51,681 bases of DNA from a virus (Duplodnaviria; Caudoviricetes): positions 1 through 51,681 of the IMG/VR virus record IMGVR_UViG_3300042303_000360. The stretch is one strand, 5' to 3'. A program made the position numbers and the translations under genes. The notes beneath the pieces were generated by a model. The model was not told the origin of the DNA. It did no database searches and saw nothing but the letters and a program-made list of their open reading frames with translations. Each line of letters opens with the position of its first letter. The stretch's first letter is position 1. This document shows positions 35,494-43,177 of this stretch, piece by piece.

Positions 35494-36205
35494 CCATCCA
35501 CTCCCGGCAGACCTTCACCAACGCCTCTGGCGTCCCTTCCAGTCCGCTCGCCTCCTTCGCCATCCGCACCGCGCTCAGCACCACCTCTCGGTCATCCCAC
35601 AGCAGGTTCACGCTGAAGACGTGGCGCTCCTCCACCTGACCGCTCTCGGCCGTCGCGTCCGCATCGTCGTCGTCCTCGCCCACAGGCCCCAGGCCCAGGC
35701 CCTCCTGCCGCTCCGGCTCAACCCGCTCAGTCCCGGCAGCCGTCGCCACACCCTCGAACGATCCCAGGTCCAGGTCATCCTGCAGCCGCTGCAGCTCGTC
35801 GTCGCTCCAGCCCAGCGCCTCCAGGTCGAAGTCCTCCACCCGCAGCGCTTCGAGCTCCGCCTGCAGCAGGTCCAGATCCCAGCCCGCGTTCTCCGCCAGC
35901 CGGTTGTCGGCCAGCACATAGGCCCGCCGCTGCTCAGTCGTCAGGTGATCGAGCACCACCACCGGCACCTGGGCCAGGCCGAGACGGCGCGCTGCCTCCA
36001 GCCGACCATGGCCCGCCAGGATCCCGTCCTGCCCGTCGACCAGGATCGGTGCCGTGAAGCCGAACTCCTGGATCGACGCCTGGATCTGCTCCAGCTGGCG
36101 CTCGGAGTGGGTCCGGGCGTTCCGCTCATAGGGCTGCAGCCGCTCCAGCGGCCACAGCTCCAACCGTGACGCCATCGTCGGCGCCTTGCTCTTGCGCTTC
36201 GTCAT
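35474..36205 (-). CDS. ParB N-terminal-domain protein
   Basis: PYERNARTHS, SIQEFGFTAPILVD, ILAGHGRLEAA, LADNRLAENAGWD. Confidence 0.92.
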   Translation of the reverse strand: MTKRKSKAPTMASRLELWPLERLQPYERNARTHSERQLEQIQASIQEFGFTAPILVDGQDGILAGHGRLEAARRLGLAQVPVVVLDHLTTEQRRAYVLADNRLAENAGWDLDLLQAELEALRVEDFDLEALGWSDDELQRLQDDLDLGSFEGVATAAGTERVEPERQEGLGLGPVGEDDDDADATAESGQVEERHVFSVNLLWDDREVVLSAVRMAKEASGLEGTPEALVKVCREWMDARSSV

Positions 36206-36377
36206 GCGGTCATCAGATCACAGAGGGGCCAGATGCGGAACCTGACGGAACATCCTCGGGCATCCTCAGTGATCAGAAAAACCATCAGAACCCGCCAGAA
36301 CCGGCTCGCAATTGGCGCAGCCTATTGAGAACCCCAGTCATTGCAGGGGGTTTGGAACCCAGACCGGAACCTGGCTC

Positions 36378-36406
36378 TAGCGAAAAATCGGGGTGCGCGG
36401 CCCCGT
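36378..36406 (-). other. Predicted lambda-like cos site; putative 12-nt cohesive end GGGCCGCGCACC at 36392-36403
   Basis: Minus strand ACG-GGGCCGCGCACC-CCGAT-TTTTCGCTA versus lambda ACG-GGGCGGCGACCT-CGCGGG-TTTTCGCTA; GpA-type terminase downstream. Confidence 0.7.
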
Positions 36407-36470
36407 GTGCTTTTGGCGCCAGGTGGAGCCAAAAGGGTGGGGGGGTGGGGGGTGGCGTGGGGGGTGGGGC

Positions 36471-37028
36471 TCAGGCCCTGCCGAAGCCCCTGCCCATGGC
36501 CCCCAGGGCGCGCAGGATGCCGTTCTCCAGGGCCTCCTCGATGCGCACCTCTGTGCGTGCCTGAAGGGCTGGAGCCCACTTGCCCCCGGTGAAGATGGCG
36601 TGGATAGACGGGCCCTTGATGGTCTCCAAGGGGTAGCGCTCCTTGCCCCTGCGTTTGAAGGGCAGGCCCTTGGCGATGAAGCCGGACTTCACGACGGTGC
36701 GCTGGCCCCGGTAGATGCTCATGCTGAGGCCCGTGCTGGTCTGCTTGGGCTTGAACTGCATGGCCGTGATGGGCTTGCGGTTGGTGCGGATGATCGCGGT
36801 CTGGCCGCCGTCCCTGAACTGCGGGTTGGAGACGTCCTGCTTGATGCGGCCGGCGGTGAGCGAGTAGCGCTGACCGATCGACTTGGCCAGGGTGGTGCGG
36901 CCTGCCCGGGCAGCGTCACGAACGCCTGAGCGGATGGCCTTGGGGATGTCGTGGGAGGAGAGGCGGGCGAGGGTCTGAGCCAGCTCGCGGTCACCCAGGA
37001 CGCGGGCGTTGATGTCGATGACGGCCAT
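36471..37028 (-). CDS. Lambda gpZ-like minor tail/completion protein
   Basis: Basic 185 aa; FKRRGKERYPLETIKGPSI motif; GGAGG RBS. Confidence 0.7.
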   Translation of the reverse strand: MAVIDINARVLGDRELAQTLARLSSHDIPKAIRSGVRDAARAGRTTLAKSIGQRYSLTAGRIKQDVSNPQFRDGGQTAIIRTNRKPITAMQFKPKQTSTGLSMSIYRGQRTVVKSGFIAKGLPFKRRGKERYPLETIKGPSIHAIFTGGKWAPALQARTEVRIEEALENGILRALGAMGRGFGRA

Positions 37029-37046
37029 GGGTGGGTCCTCCTGGGT

Positions 37047-37292
37047 TCAGGCTAGGCGGGTCACGGCAAGGCCGTCTTGGACCTTGTTGACGGAGAAGCT
37101 CCGGCGCAGCCGAGCGCCGACCTTGTGGACGTAGGTGCGGATGTAGGGCTCGGTGCGGCCGTCTTGATCTTGGCCTTCAGCCATGGGGATCACGAAAGCC
37201 TGGCCGGGTTGGATTTGCTCGATGGGCCAGTTGTGGCGTGGATAGCGGGTGCGGTGACGGAGCGCAGAAGCGTCGACGACTGGAAAAGACAT
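37047..37292 (-). CDS. Small basic hypothetical protein, possible DNA binder
   Basis: WPIEQIQPGQAFVIP...GLAVTRLA; TATAGT -10-like element upstream. Confidence 0.6.
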   Translation of the reverse strand: MSFPVVDASALRHRTRYPRHNWPIEQIQPGQAFVIPMAEGQDQDGRTEPYIRTYVHKVGARLRRSFSVNKVQDGLAVTRLA

Positions 37293-37376
37293 GAAAGAAA
37301 CGGAAGCAACGAAACAACTATAAGCCTGCAAGGTGGTTTTCGAGCTGACCAACAAGCCAACCAATTCCCTTACGCC

Positions 37377-37669
37377 TCTCACGGTCGTCTCACGGTCAGC
37401 GTGAGACCAAAACCCTTTGCGCTGCAAGGGGTTTGCCCCTCTTCTCACACTCTCACACCCTTTACGGAAATACAGATACATACAAGCAGTCTCACTCCAC
37501 ACACACACACACACACTTAAGGGGGCTCTCTCTCGGCGGTGAGCGTGAGAACGTGAGAGAGCCCCAAACCCCTTGTGTCGCAAGGGATTTGGGGCTCACA
37601 CGTTTCTCACGCTTTGGGGTCTTCTCACGGCGGATCGGCGCTATCGACCGCATCGAGGGGCACTCTCAC
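37377..37669. repeat. Putative replication origin: clustered TCTCAC/GTGAGA iterons, two 25-bp palindromes and an (AC)n tract
   Basis: More than ten CTCAC/GTGAG copies in both orientations right after the primase-helicase gene, as in P4-type origins. Confidence 0.7.
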
Positions 37670-40204
37670 AGCGCGGCTGGTTGCACCGGCTCCCTTGAAG
37701 TAGATCGAGCCTGCTTTGGTCGCGCCGGGCAGTCGCGTGAGGACGGTGGGCCAGCAATTCGACCATGCGGTGTCCCGGAGGATGGCGGCGATCGCCTCGG
37801 CGTTGTTGCTGATGACGACGTAGCCGCCCTCCTCGGCCTTGATGCCGTTGCGCCCCAGGGTGGACTGGGCCAACCGAGCCTCGATGTTGAAGTCGTGTTC
37901 GCGGTGCAGGGCCAGCTCCACCAGCTCACCGATCGAGCGTGTGAGCGTGGTGCGGTCGGCCTCGACGCGGAGCTGGTGCTGGAGGATGCGCTGGATGCAG
38001 CGGCGCTCGTCCGGCACCTCGGTGGCCTGGCTGTAGGGCTCCCAGTTGTTGTCGTCGATCAGCTGCTGGGCCTGCTGCGGCGTGACGATCTGCGAGCTGT
38101 GGAGCGACCATGCGCCAGCCAGCAAGGTGCCGTACTGATCGCCGAGGCGCTGGGAGTCGAAGCGCTCGGCGGCGACGCGGGTGAAGACGCGGATCGAGGC
38201 GCGAATGGTGGGGATGAGGCTGACTGTGCGCGCCTGGAGGCGGCGCCCGATTTCTTCGCTGATGAAGCGATCGAGGTCGCGGTCAAGGGCCTCCCAGTGC
38301 GCCTGGCGCTGCTCTTTGGGGAGCTCTGATGGGTTGCGGAGGGTGAGCTGCGCGAAGCGGCTCTTGTCTGCGCCCTGCTTGAGGCTGGTGGCGATCGAGC
38401 TCATCAGGAACATGGAGCGGATCGTGAAGCGCTGCGTGTCGCCCTCGGGCGTGCCCTTGAGGGTGTGGGCCTTGCTCTCGCTGCTGGCGACCCGGGCGAG
38501 GCCGAGGATGGCTTGCATCCGCTGCTGATCGGTGCGCTCGTTCGACTCGGCCTCGTCGAAGACGACGGGGAGAGCGTCTGCGCGAAGCGCCTGGCGGATG
38601 CCGGGCTCTGTGGTGTTGCCCGCGACGATCAGGCCCATGTCGCCCAGCAGTGGGGTGACGTAGCGATCGAGGATGGCGGACTTGCCGGAGCCTGCTGCAG
38701 CGGTGAGCCAGGTGTGGGGCCGCCATGGCAGCGCGCCGCAGATCGGCGCCAGGGTGACCCAGCCAGCGAGCAGGAGGCCTGATGCTGGCACCTCCCAGTG
38801 GAAGCGCTCGGCGATCTCGGCCAGGACGTAGGCCTCAGCATCGGTGAGCGGGGTGGCGTTTGCGGGGCCCTGCAGTGAGCTGAGGCGCTGGTAGAGGTAG
38901 GTGCTGTCCTTGAGGCGGTCGGTGATGGAGCGATCGGCGCCGTCGACCACCAGGCGATCGCCGAGGTGAAGGACAGAGCGGCCGCCATCCCACCAGGCGC
39001 CGCGGCCGCGGATCCGATCGGGGCTGTAGATGCCGACCCGGGCCTGTTGCTCGAACAGATCTGAGGCTGCAGCAGTCCAGTTGGGGCCCGACTTGCCGGG
39101 GTAGAACGTCTCCCAGTAACCCAGGGGCGCAAGGGCGACGAGGTTGGTGCCGGTGTGCGATGAGCGGGAGAGGCGGAGCACCTGCCCGGTGCGGTGCGGC
39201 TGGTAGTAAAAGGCGTCGTGATCGAAGCCGAGGCAGGTGAAGTAGCCGCCGGCTGAAGGCTTGATCGGCTCCGGGTCAGCGGGTGTGTCTTCGGGCTCCG
39301 GGAGCTCCTGCTGCTCAGCACCGGCCCCGGCGTAGGCATCAGCGCCCCAGGTAGTGAGCACCGCCTCGATGCTGCTGGTGTTGGCGCGGGCGTAGGCGGC
39401 GGCCTCCTGAGGTGTCCAGTCGGCGTCGGCAATGTCCCAGGCCTCTGGGGCGTCGGGCGGGTTGGCGACGACCTTGAGGGTGGTGCCGGCCATGGGAAGC
39501 AGCTTCTCGGCGATGCGCGCCATGGCGGAGCGGCCCACGTCGTCGTTGTCGGGCCAGAGGATCACCTTGCGGCCAGCGAGCGGCGACCAGTCAGCCTTGT
39601 CGACGGCCTTGCAGCCAGAGGGCCAGGTGGTGACGATGACGGCTGGGAACAGCTTCGCGGCGGCGTCGGCTGTCTTCTCGCCCTCCACCACCAGGGCCGG
39701 CGCATCGGGCTTGGCGCGCAGCGCTTCGAGGTTGAGCAGCGGCCGCGGCGATGGTGGCGCCTTCCACCGCCAGGCGGAGCCATCCCAGCTGAGGGGCCTG
39801 ATCTTTTTGCCGGGGAAGCGGGTGACGATGAAGGTGTCGCTGTAGCGCCAGACGTTCTCGGCGCCGCGGGTGGGCGGCTCGACCACGGGGTGCTGCTGCT
39901 GCGGCTCGCGGGCGATGCCGATGTGTTGCTCGATCCGCTGGGCGGCCTCCTTGAACTGCCAACCGGTGCGGCGCATCAGCATGTCCATGCCGTTGCCAGC
40001 ACCACCGCGCTGGTCCTTGCCGCCGCACTGGTTGCAGAACCAGGAGCCGCTGCCGTCCTTGTCATCGAAGCGGTAGCGGTCCTCGCCACCGCACAGTGGG
40101 CAGGGCTGATGCTCATCGGTCAGCTGCTGCGCGCTGAGGCCGGCCAGGCACGCCAGGATTTCAGGCCACCGGCCCCGGGCGGCCTCGTTGATGTCTTTTG
40201 GCAT
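37625..40204 (-). CDS. P4 alpha-like primase-helicase (Zn ribbon + TOPRIM + P-loop)
   Basis: HQPCPLCGGEDRYRFDD..G.G.WFCNQC; VVEGEKTADA; WPDND; AAGSGKS; FDEAE. Confidence 0.92.
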   Translation of the reverse strand: MPKDINEAARGRWPEILACLAGLSAQQLTDEHQPCPLCGGEDRYRFDDKDGSGSWFCNQCGGKDQRGGAGNGMDMLMRRTGWQFKEAAQRIEQHIGIAREPQQQHPVVEPPTRGAENVWRYSDTFIVTRFPGKKIRPLSWDGSAWRWKAPPSPRPLLNLEALRAKPDAPALVVEGEKTADAAAKLFPAVIVTTWPSGCKAVDKADWSPLAGRKVILWPDNDDVGRSAMARIAEKLLPMAGTTLKVVANPPDAPEAWDIADADWTPQEAAAYARANTSSIEAVLTTWGADAYAGAGAEQQELPEPEDTPADPEPIKPSAGGYFTCLGFDHDAFYYQPHRTGQVLRLSRSSHTGTNLVALAPLGYWETFYPGKSGPNWTAAASDLFEQQARVGIYSPDRIRGRGAWWDGGRSVLHLGDRLVVDGADRSITDRLKDSTYLYQRLSSLQGPANATPLTDAEAYVLAEIAERFHWEVPASGLLLAGWVTLAPICGALPWRPHTWLTAAAGSGKSAILDRYVTPLLGDMGLIVAGNTTEPGIRQALRADALPVVFDEAESNERTDQQRMQAILGLARVASSESKAHTLKGTPEGDTQRFTIRSMFLMSSIATSLKQGADKSRFAQLTLRNPSELPKEQRQAHWEALDRDLDRFISEEIGRRLQARTVSLIPTIRASIRVFTRVAAERFDSQRLGDQYGTLLAGAWSLHSSQIVTPQQAQQLIDDNNWEPYSQATEVPDERRCIQRILQHQLRVEADRTTLTRSIGELVELALHREHDFNIEARLAQSTLGRNGIKAEEGGYVVISNNAEAIAAILRDTAWSNCWPTVLTRLPGATKAGSIYFKGAGATSRAVRVPLDAVDSADPP

Positions 40205-40207
40205 GGC

Positions 40208-40408
40208 CTACGCCGCGTCCTGTTCGATGGCTTGGATCAGCAGCTCCACCTCAGCGGTGAGCAGCTTCACTGTGCGGGCGGGGATGCCCATGGTGCCCAG
40301 CTGGCGTAGGTCGGTGATGCGCTGGCGGAGCAACTCGCCGATGCGGCGGCGTTCGTAGGCGACGCCTGCAGCCCAAGCAACGGAGTCGCGGAGATCGAGG
40401 ACGGTCAT
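40208..40408 (-). CDS. Hypothetical protein
   Basis: 66 aa, coupled within the replication operon. Confidence 0.65.
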   Translation of the reverse strand: MTVLDLRDSVAWAAGVAYERRRIGELLRQRITDLRQLGTMGIPARTVKLLTAEVELLIQAIEQDAA

Positions 40409-40602
40409 GCCGGATCCTCCTGCCAGTCAGGCTCCAGTGCGGCGATGCCAATGACGTGCGATGGGAACAGCTCTTGCGCAGTGAGCATCGCGTCGGATCG
40501 AGTGCGAGCCATCACGCCGATGCGAATGGGCGGCTCGTCGTGGCGCAGTGCGGTGATGGTGAAAGGGAGCAGCTGAGGCTGCCGGCGAAGAAAGCCGATC
40601 AT
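40405..40602 (-). CDS. Hypothetical protein
   Basis: 65 aa with ATGA overlaps. Confidence 0.65.
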   Translation of the reverse strand: MIGFLRRQPQLLPFTITALRHDEPPIRIGVMARTRSDAMLTAQELFPSHVIGIAALEPDWQEDPA

Positions 40603-40847
40603 GCGCCGGGTTCCTGTTGGAGTGGGAGGTTGGCTGCTGCGATGCGGTTGTGAAGGCGGCGCGCGTCGCGAACGGTGGCTTCAGTGGCGTGCCATGACCA
40701 GCCGCGGTAGCGGATCTGGTGTTCAGCCCACAGCTCGGGCGCCTTGGCCCAGTTGAAGGCATGCTGATCGGTGGCGGGCTCGCAGTGGTGCGCATCCCGG
40801 TAGAGCTTGCGCAGCCGGTGGATGGCTGTCTCGGGGGAGAGGGTCAT
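40599..40847 (-). CDS. Hypothetical protein
   Basis: MTLSPETAIHRLRK..., internal ATG of the listed ORF 40599..41258. Confidence 0.6.
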   Translation of the reverse strand: MTLSPETAIHRLRKLYRDAHHCEPATDQHAFNWAKAPELWAEHQIRYRGWSWHATEATVRDARRLHNRIAAANLPLQQEPGA

Positions 40848-40917
40848 GGCGGTTGCCAGAGTGCTCCCGGACGCTACGGGCGCAGGGTGGGGTCTGAGCG
40901 GCGTGCGTAACGAACCG

Positions 40918-41277
40918 TCACAGTCGAAGGATCGACAGCGCATCGGGAACCGAGCGCGCGACGCCAGCGAGGCCGCCGGCCTGCTTGATGAGGCGGATGA
41001 AGGCCTGCTGCTGCTCGGTGGGGCGGCCGCGGTCCTTGACCTCGACGGCGGTGAAGACGGCGACACGGCGGCCCACCATGTCGGGCGTGATGACGATGGT
41101 GCGATAGCCGATGAGATCGGAGCTGCCCGGGCAGAGGCCGTAGCGCACGAGCTGGCCGCGCTGATCGCGGAGCGCGCCGACGTTGTTGCGCCAGAGGCGA
41201 GCAGGGCCACCGCCGGCGCATGCTGCCAGCTGGATCTCGGACTGGATCTTCCGCTCATCCGAATGCTCGCGCGCCAT
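40918..41277 (-). CDS. VRR-NUC domain nuclease
   Basis: E..IQ, RNNVG, GSSDLIG, AVEVK, TEQQQAF, GGLAGVARS. Confidence 0.9.
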   Translation of the reverse strand: MAREHSDERKIQSEIQLAACAGGGPARLWRNNVGALRDQRGQLVRYGLCPGSSDLIGYRTIVITPDMVGRRVAVFTAVEVKDRGRPTEQQQAFIRLIKQAGGLAGVARSVPDALSILRL

Positions 41278-42658
41278 GGCTGCCTCGTGCTCTCAGGATG
41301 TGATCGGTCCAGCCGCGAGAGTAGCCGCGCTCAAGTCGGATGGCCTCGAGTTCCTCTCGTGTGCGGGCCTGGCCCACTTCGGTGCGCTTGCGGCGGGCGA
41401 TCACGCTGGCGGGCAACTCCTGCAGTTCGCCCTCGATGGTCGCCAGCTCGCGGCGTGCGGCCTGGGGGAAGACGTGGCCGCACTCGGGGCAGGTCGGCGA
41501 AGCCGAGGGGATGGCGGAGAAGCAGCTGTCGCAGACCTTGATGGGCAGCGCATCGCTGGCGGCGCGCTTGCGCTTGGTCTGGCCCTCGAGGCTCCACTCG
41601 CGGGGATCGGTGGGGCGGCCATGGCGCAGGGTGTTGCCCACGTGGTCGTTCACCACTGCGTAGGGCTTGCCGGGTGATGGCCGCAGCACGCGGCCGACCT
41701 GCTGGAGGTGCAGGCCCAGGCTGTCGGTGGGGCGCAAGAGCATGGCGCCTGTGACCGACGGAATATCGGTGCCCTCAGAAATGATGTCGCAGCTGGTGAG
41801 CACCTTGAGCACACCAGCGCCGAGATCGGCGATGAGGCGGCGGCGCTGGCCGCGGTCCATCGAGCCATCGAGGCGGGCGGCGCTGATGCCCTGGGCGCGG
41901 AAGGCCTCGGCGACGGCGTCAGCGTGCGCGACCGAGCAGCAGAAGGCGATGGCGGTGCCGTTGTGGACTGGCTCGATCGTGCGGCGGTAGTGGGAGACCG
42001 CATCGCCCATGGCCTGGCCCTGCCGGAGGATCTCCTCGGACTGCTGGTGGCCTTTGCGGGTGTCGAAGCGCTTGATGCCCGAGAGGTCGATGCCAGGCGG
42101 CGCGAAGATGCGCGCCGGTACGAGGAAGCCCTGCTCAGTGAGCCAGGCAGCGTCGGGGCCCTCGATGAGCGTCTCGAACTGATCGCCGAGGCCGCGGCCG
42201 TCGAGGCGTTCCGGGGTAGCGGTCACCCCGAGGATGTGTGCCCGGGGCATGGCGGCCAGCACCTTGGCCCAGGTGCCGGCGACGGCATGGTGGGCTTCGT
42301 CGACGATCAGCAGCTGGAAGAAGTCAGCCGGGATGGTGTGGAGCCGCCGTGCGAGCGTCTGGACTGAGGCCACCTGCACGCCCTGGCGCAGGTCCTGGCG
42401 GTAGCCGGCGGCGATGATGCCGTGCTGGCAGCCGATGGCGTGGAGGGAGCGGCTGGCCTGATCCACCAGCTCCTGGCGGTGGACGAGGATGCAGACGCGG
42501 TTGCCGCGGATGGCGGCCTGCTCGGCGATGTAGACGAACGTGTAGGTCTTGCCGCCGCCGGTGGCCAGCACGAAAAGGACGCGCCGGCGGCTGGCCATGT
42601 AGGCACCGCGGATCTCGGCGACGGCTAAGGCCTGAAATGGTCTGAGGGTAACTGACAT
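41255..42658 (-). CDS. Superfamily 2 DEAD/DEAH helicase with a C-terminal Zn finger
   Basis: ATGGGKT, DEAHH, TATP, QQVGRVLR; CDSC...CPEC. Confidence 0.95.
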   Translation of the reverse strand: MSVTLRPFQALAVAEIRGAYMASRRRVLFVLATGGGKTYTFVYIAEQAAIRGNRVCILVHRQELVDQASRSLHAIGCQHGIIAAGYRQDLRQGVQVASVQTLARRLHTIPADFFQLLIVDEAHHAVAGTWAKVLAAMPRAHILGVTATPERLDGRGLGDQFETLIEGPDAAWLTEQGFLVPARIFAPPGIDLSGIKRFDTRKGHQQSEEILRQGQAMGDAVSHYRRTIEPVHNGTAIAFCCSVAHADAVAEAFRAQGISAARLDGSMDRGQRRRLIADLGAGVLKVLTSCDIISEGTDIPSVTGAMLLRPTDSLGLHLQQVGRVLRPSPGKPYAVVNDHVGNTLRHGRPTDPREWSLEGQTKRKRAASDALPIKVCDSCFSAIPSASPTCPECGHVFPQAARRELATIEGELQELPASVIARRKRTEVGQARTREELEAIRLERGYSRGWTDHILRARGSHGARAFG

Positions 42659-42722
42659 ACCTGCCACGGTAGGGGTTGACCGTGAGCTGAGGATCGCAGA
42701 TTATCCCGCTAAATCAATGCTT

Positions 42723-42784
42723 TGCAACAGTATGTGACGGGATGCGACGGGAGGCAGAAGTATGGGCGAGGAAGCCCTTATGGT
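42723..42784 (+). promoter_or_regulatory. Divergent early promoter: three 10-bp-period boxes (TGCAAC/TGTGAC/TGCGAC) plus -10 TATGGT
   Basis: Main divergent junction of the early region; -10 begins 36 nt after the last box. Confidence 0.55.
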
Positions 42785-42809
42785 CGGGGCTGACCCCCGC
42801 AATTCACAG

Positions 42810-42995
42810 ATGAGGTCTTCGCAAGCAGAACTTATTGGCTCGCTCATTGCGCTTCTGATCATTCTTGGCATCTGCAGCGGCTTTGCCTGGATTGCAGCCA
42901 GAAACGAAGCCGCCGCCTTCAACCGCTTCACCGACGGCCCGAAGGTCACGACCTGGGACGCCGTGTGGCTCGACCTGCGCGTGGAGGCTCGCTGA
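42810..42995 (+). CDS. Small membrane protein
   Basis: One TM helix; TGATG coupling. Confidence 0.6.
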   Translation: MRSSQAELIGSLIALLIILGICSGFAWIAARNEAAAFNRFTDGPKVTTWDAVWLDLRVEAR

Positions 42996-43177
42996 TGCCT
43001 GACACACGACGCATCATTCAGATTGCCATTGACCCAACCACCTCAAGTGGAATTGCCCCAGTGATCTACGCCCTTTGTGACGATGGATCTCTGTGGTGTC
43101 GCCCGGATCTATTTGGCAAGCGCTGGGAGAAACTGCCTGGAATCCCCTGCCACGAGCAGGATGCCAGCGATGCCTAA
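42995..43177 (+). CDS. Hypothetical protein
   Basis: IIQIA...YALCDDGSLW...W..LP.IP motif of small phage proteins. Confidence 0.7.
   Translation: MPDTRRIIQIAIDPTTSSGIAPVIYALCDDGSLWCRPDLFGKRWEKLPGIPCHEQDASDA

Noticed and set aside
35474-36205. Plasmid-prophage partition system
   Set aside because: No ParA and no ParB HTH; the context is packaging/modification
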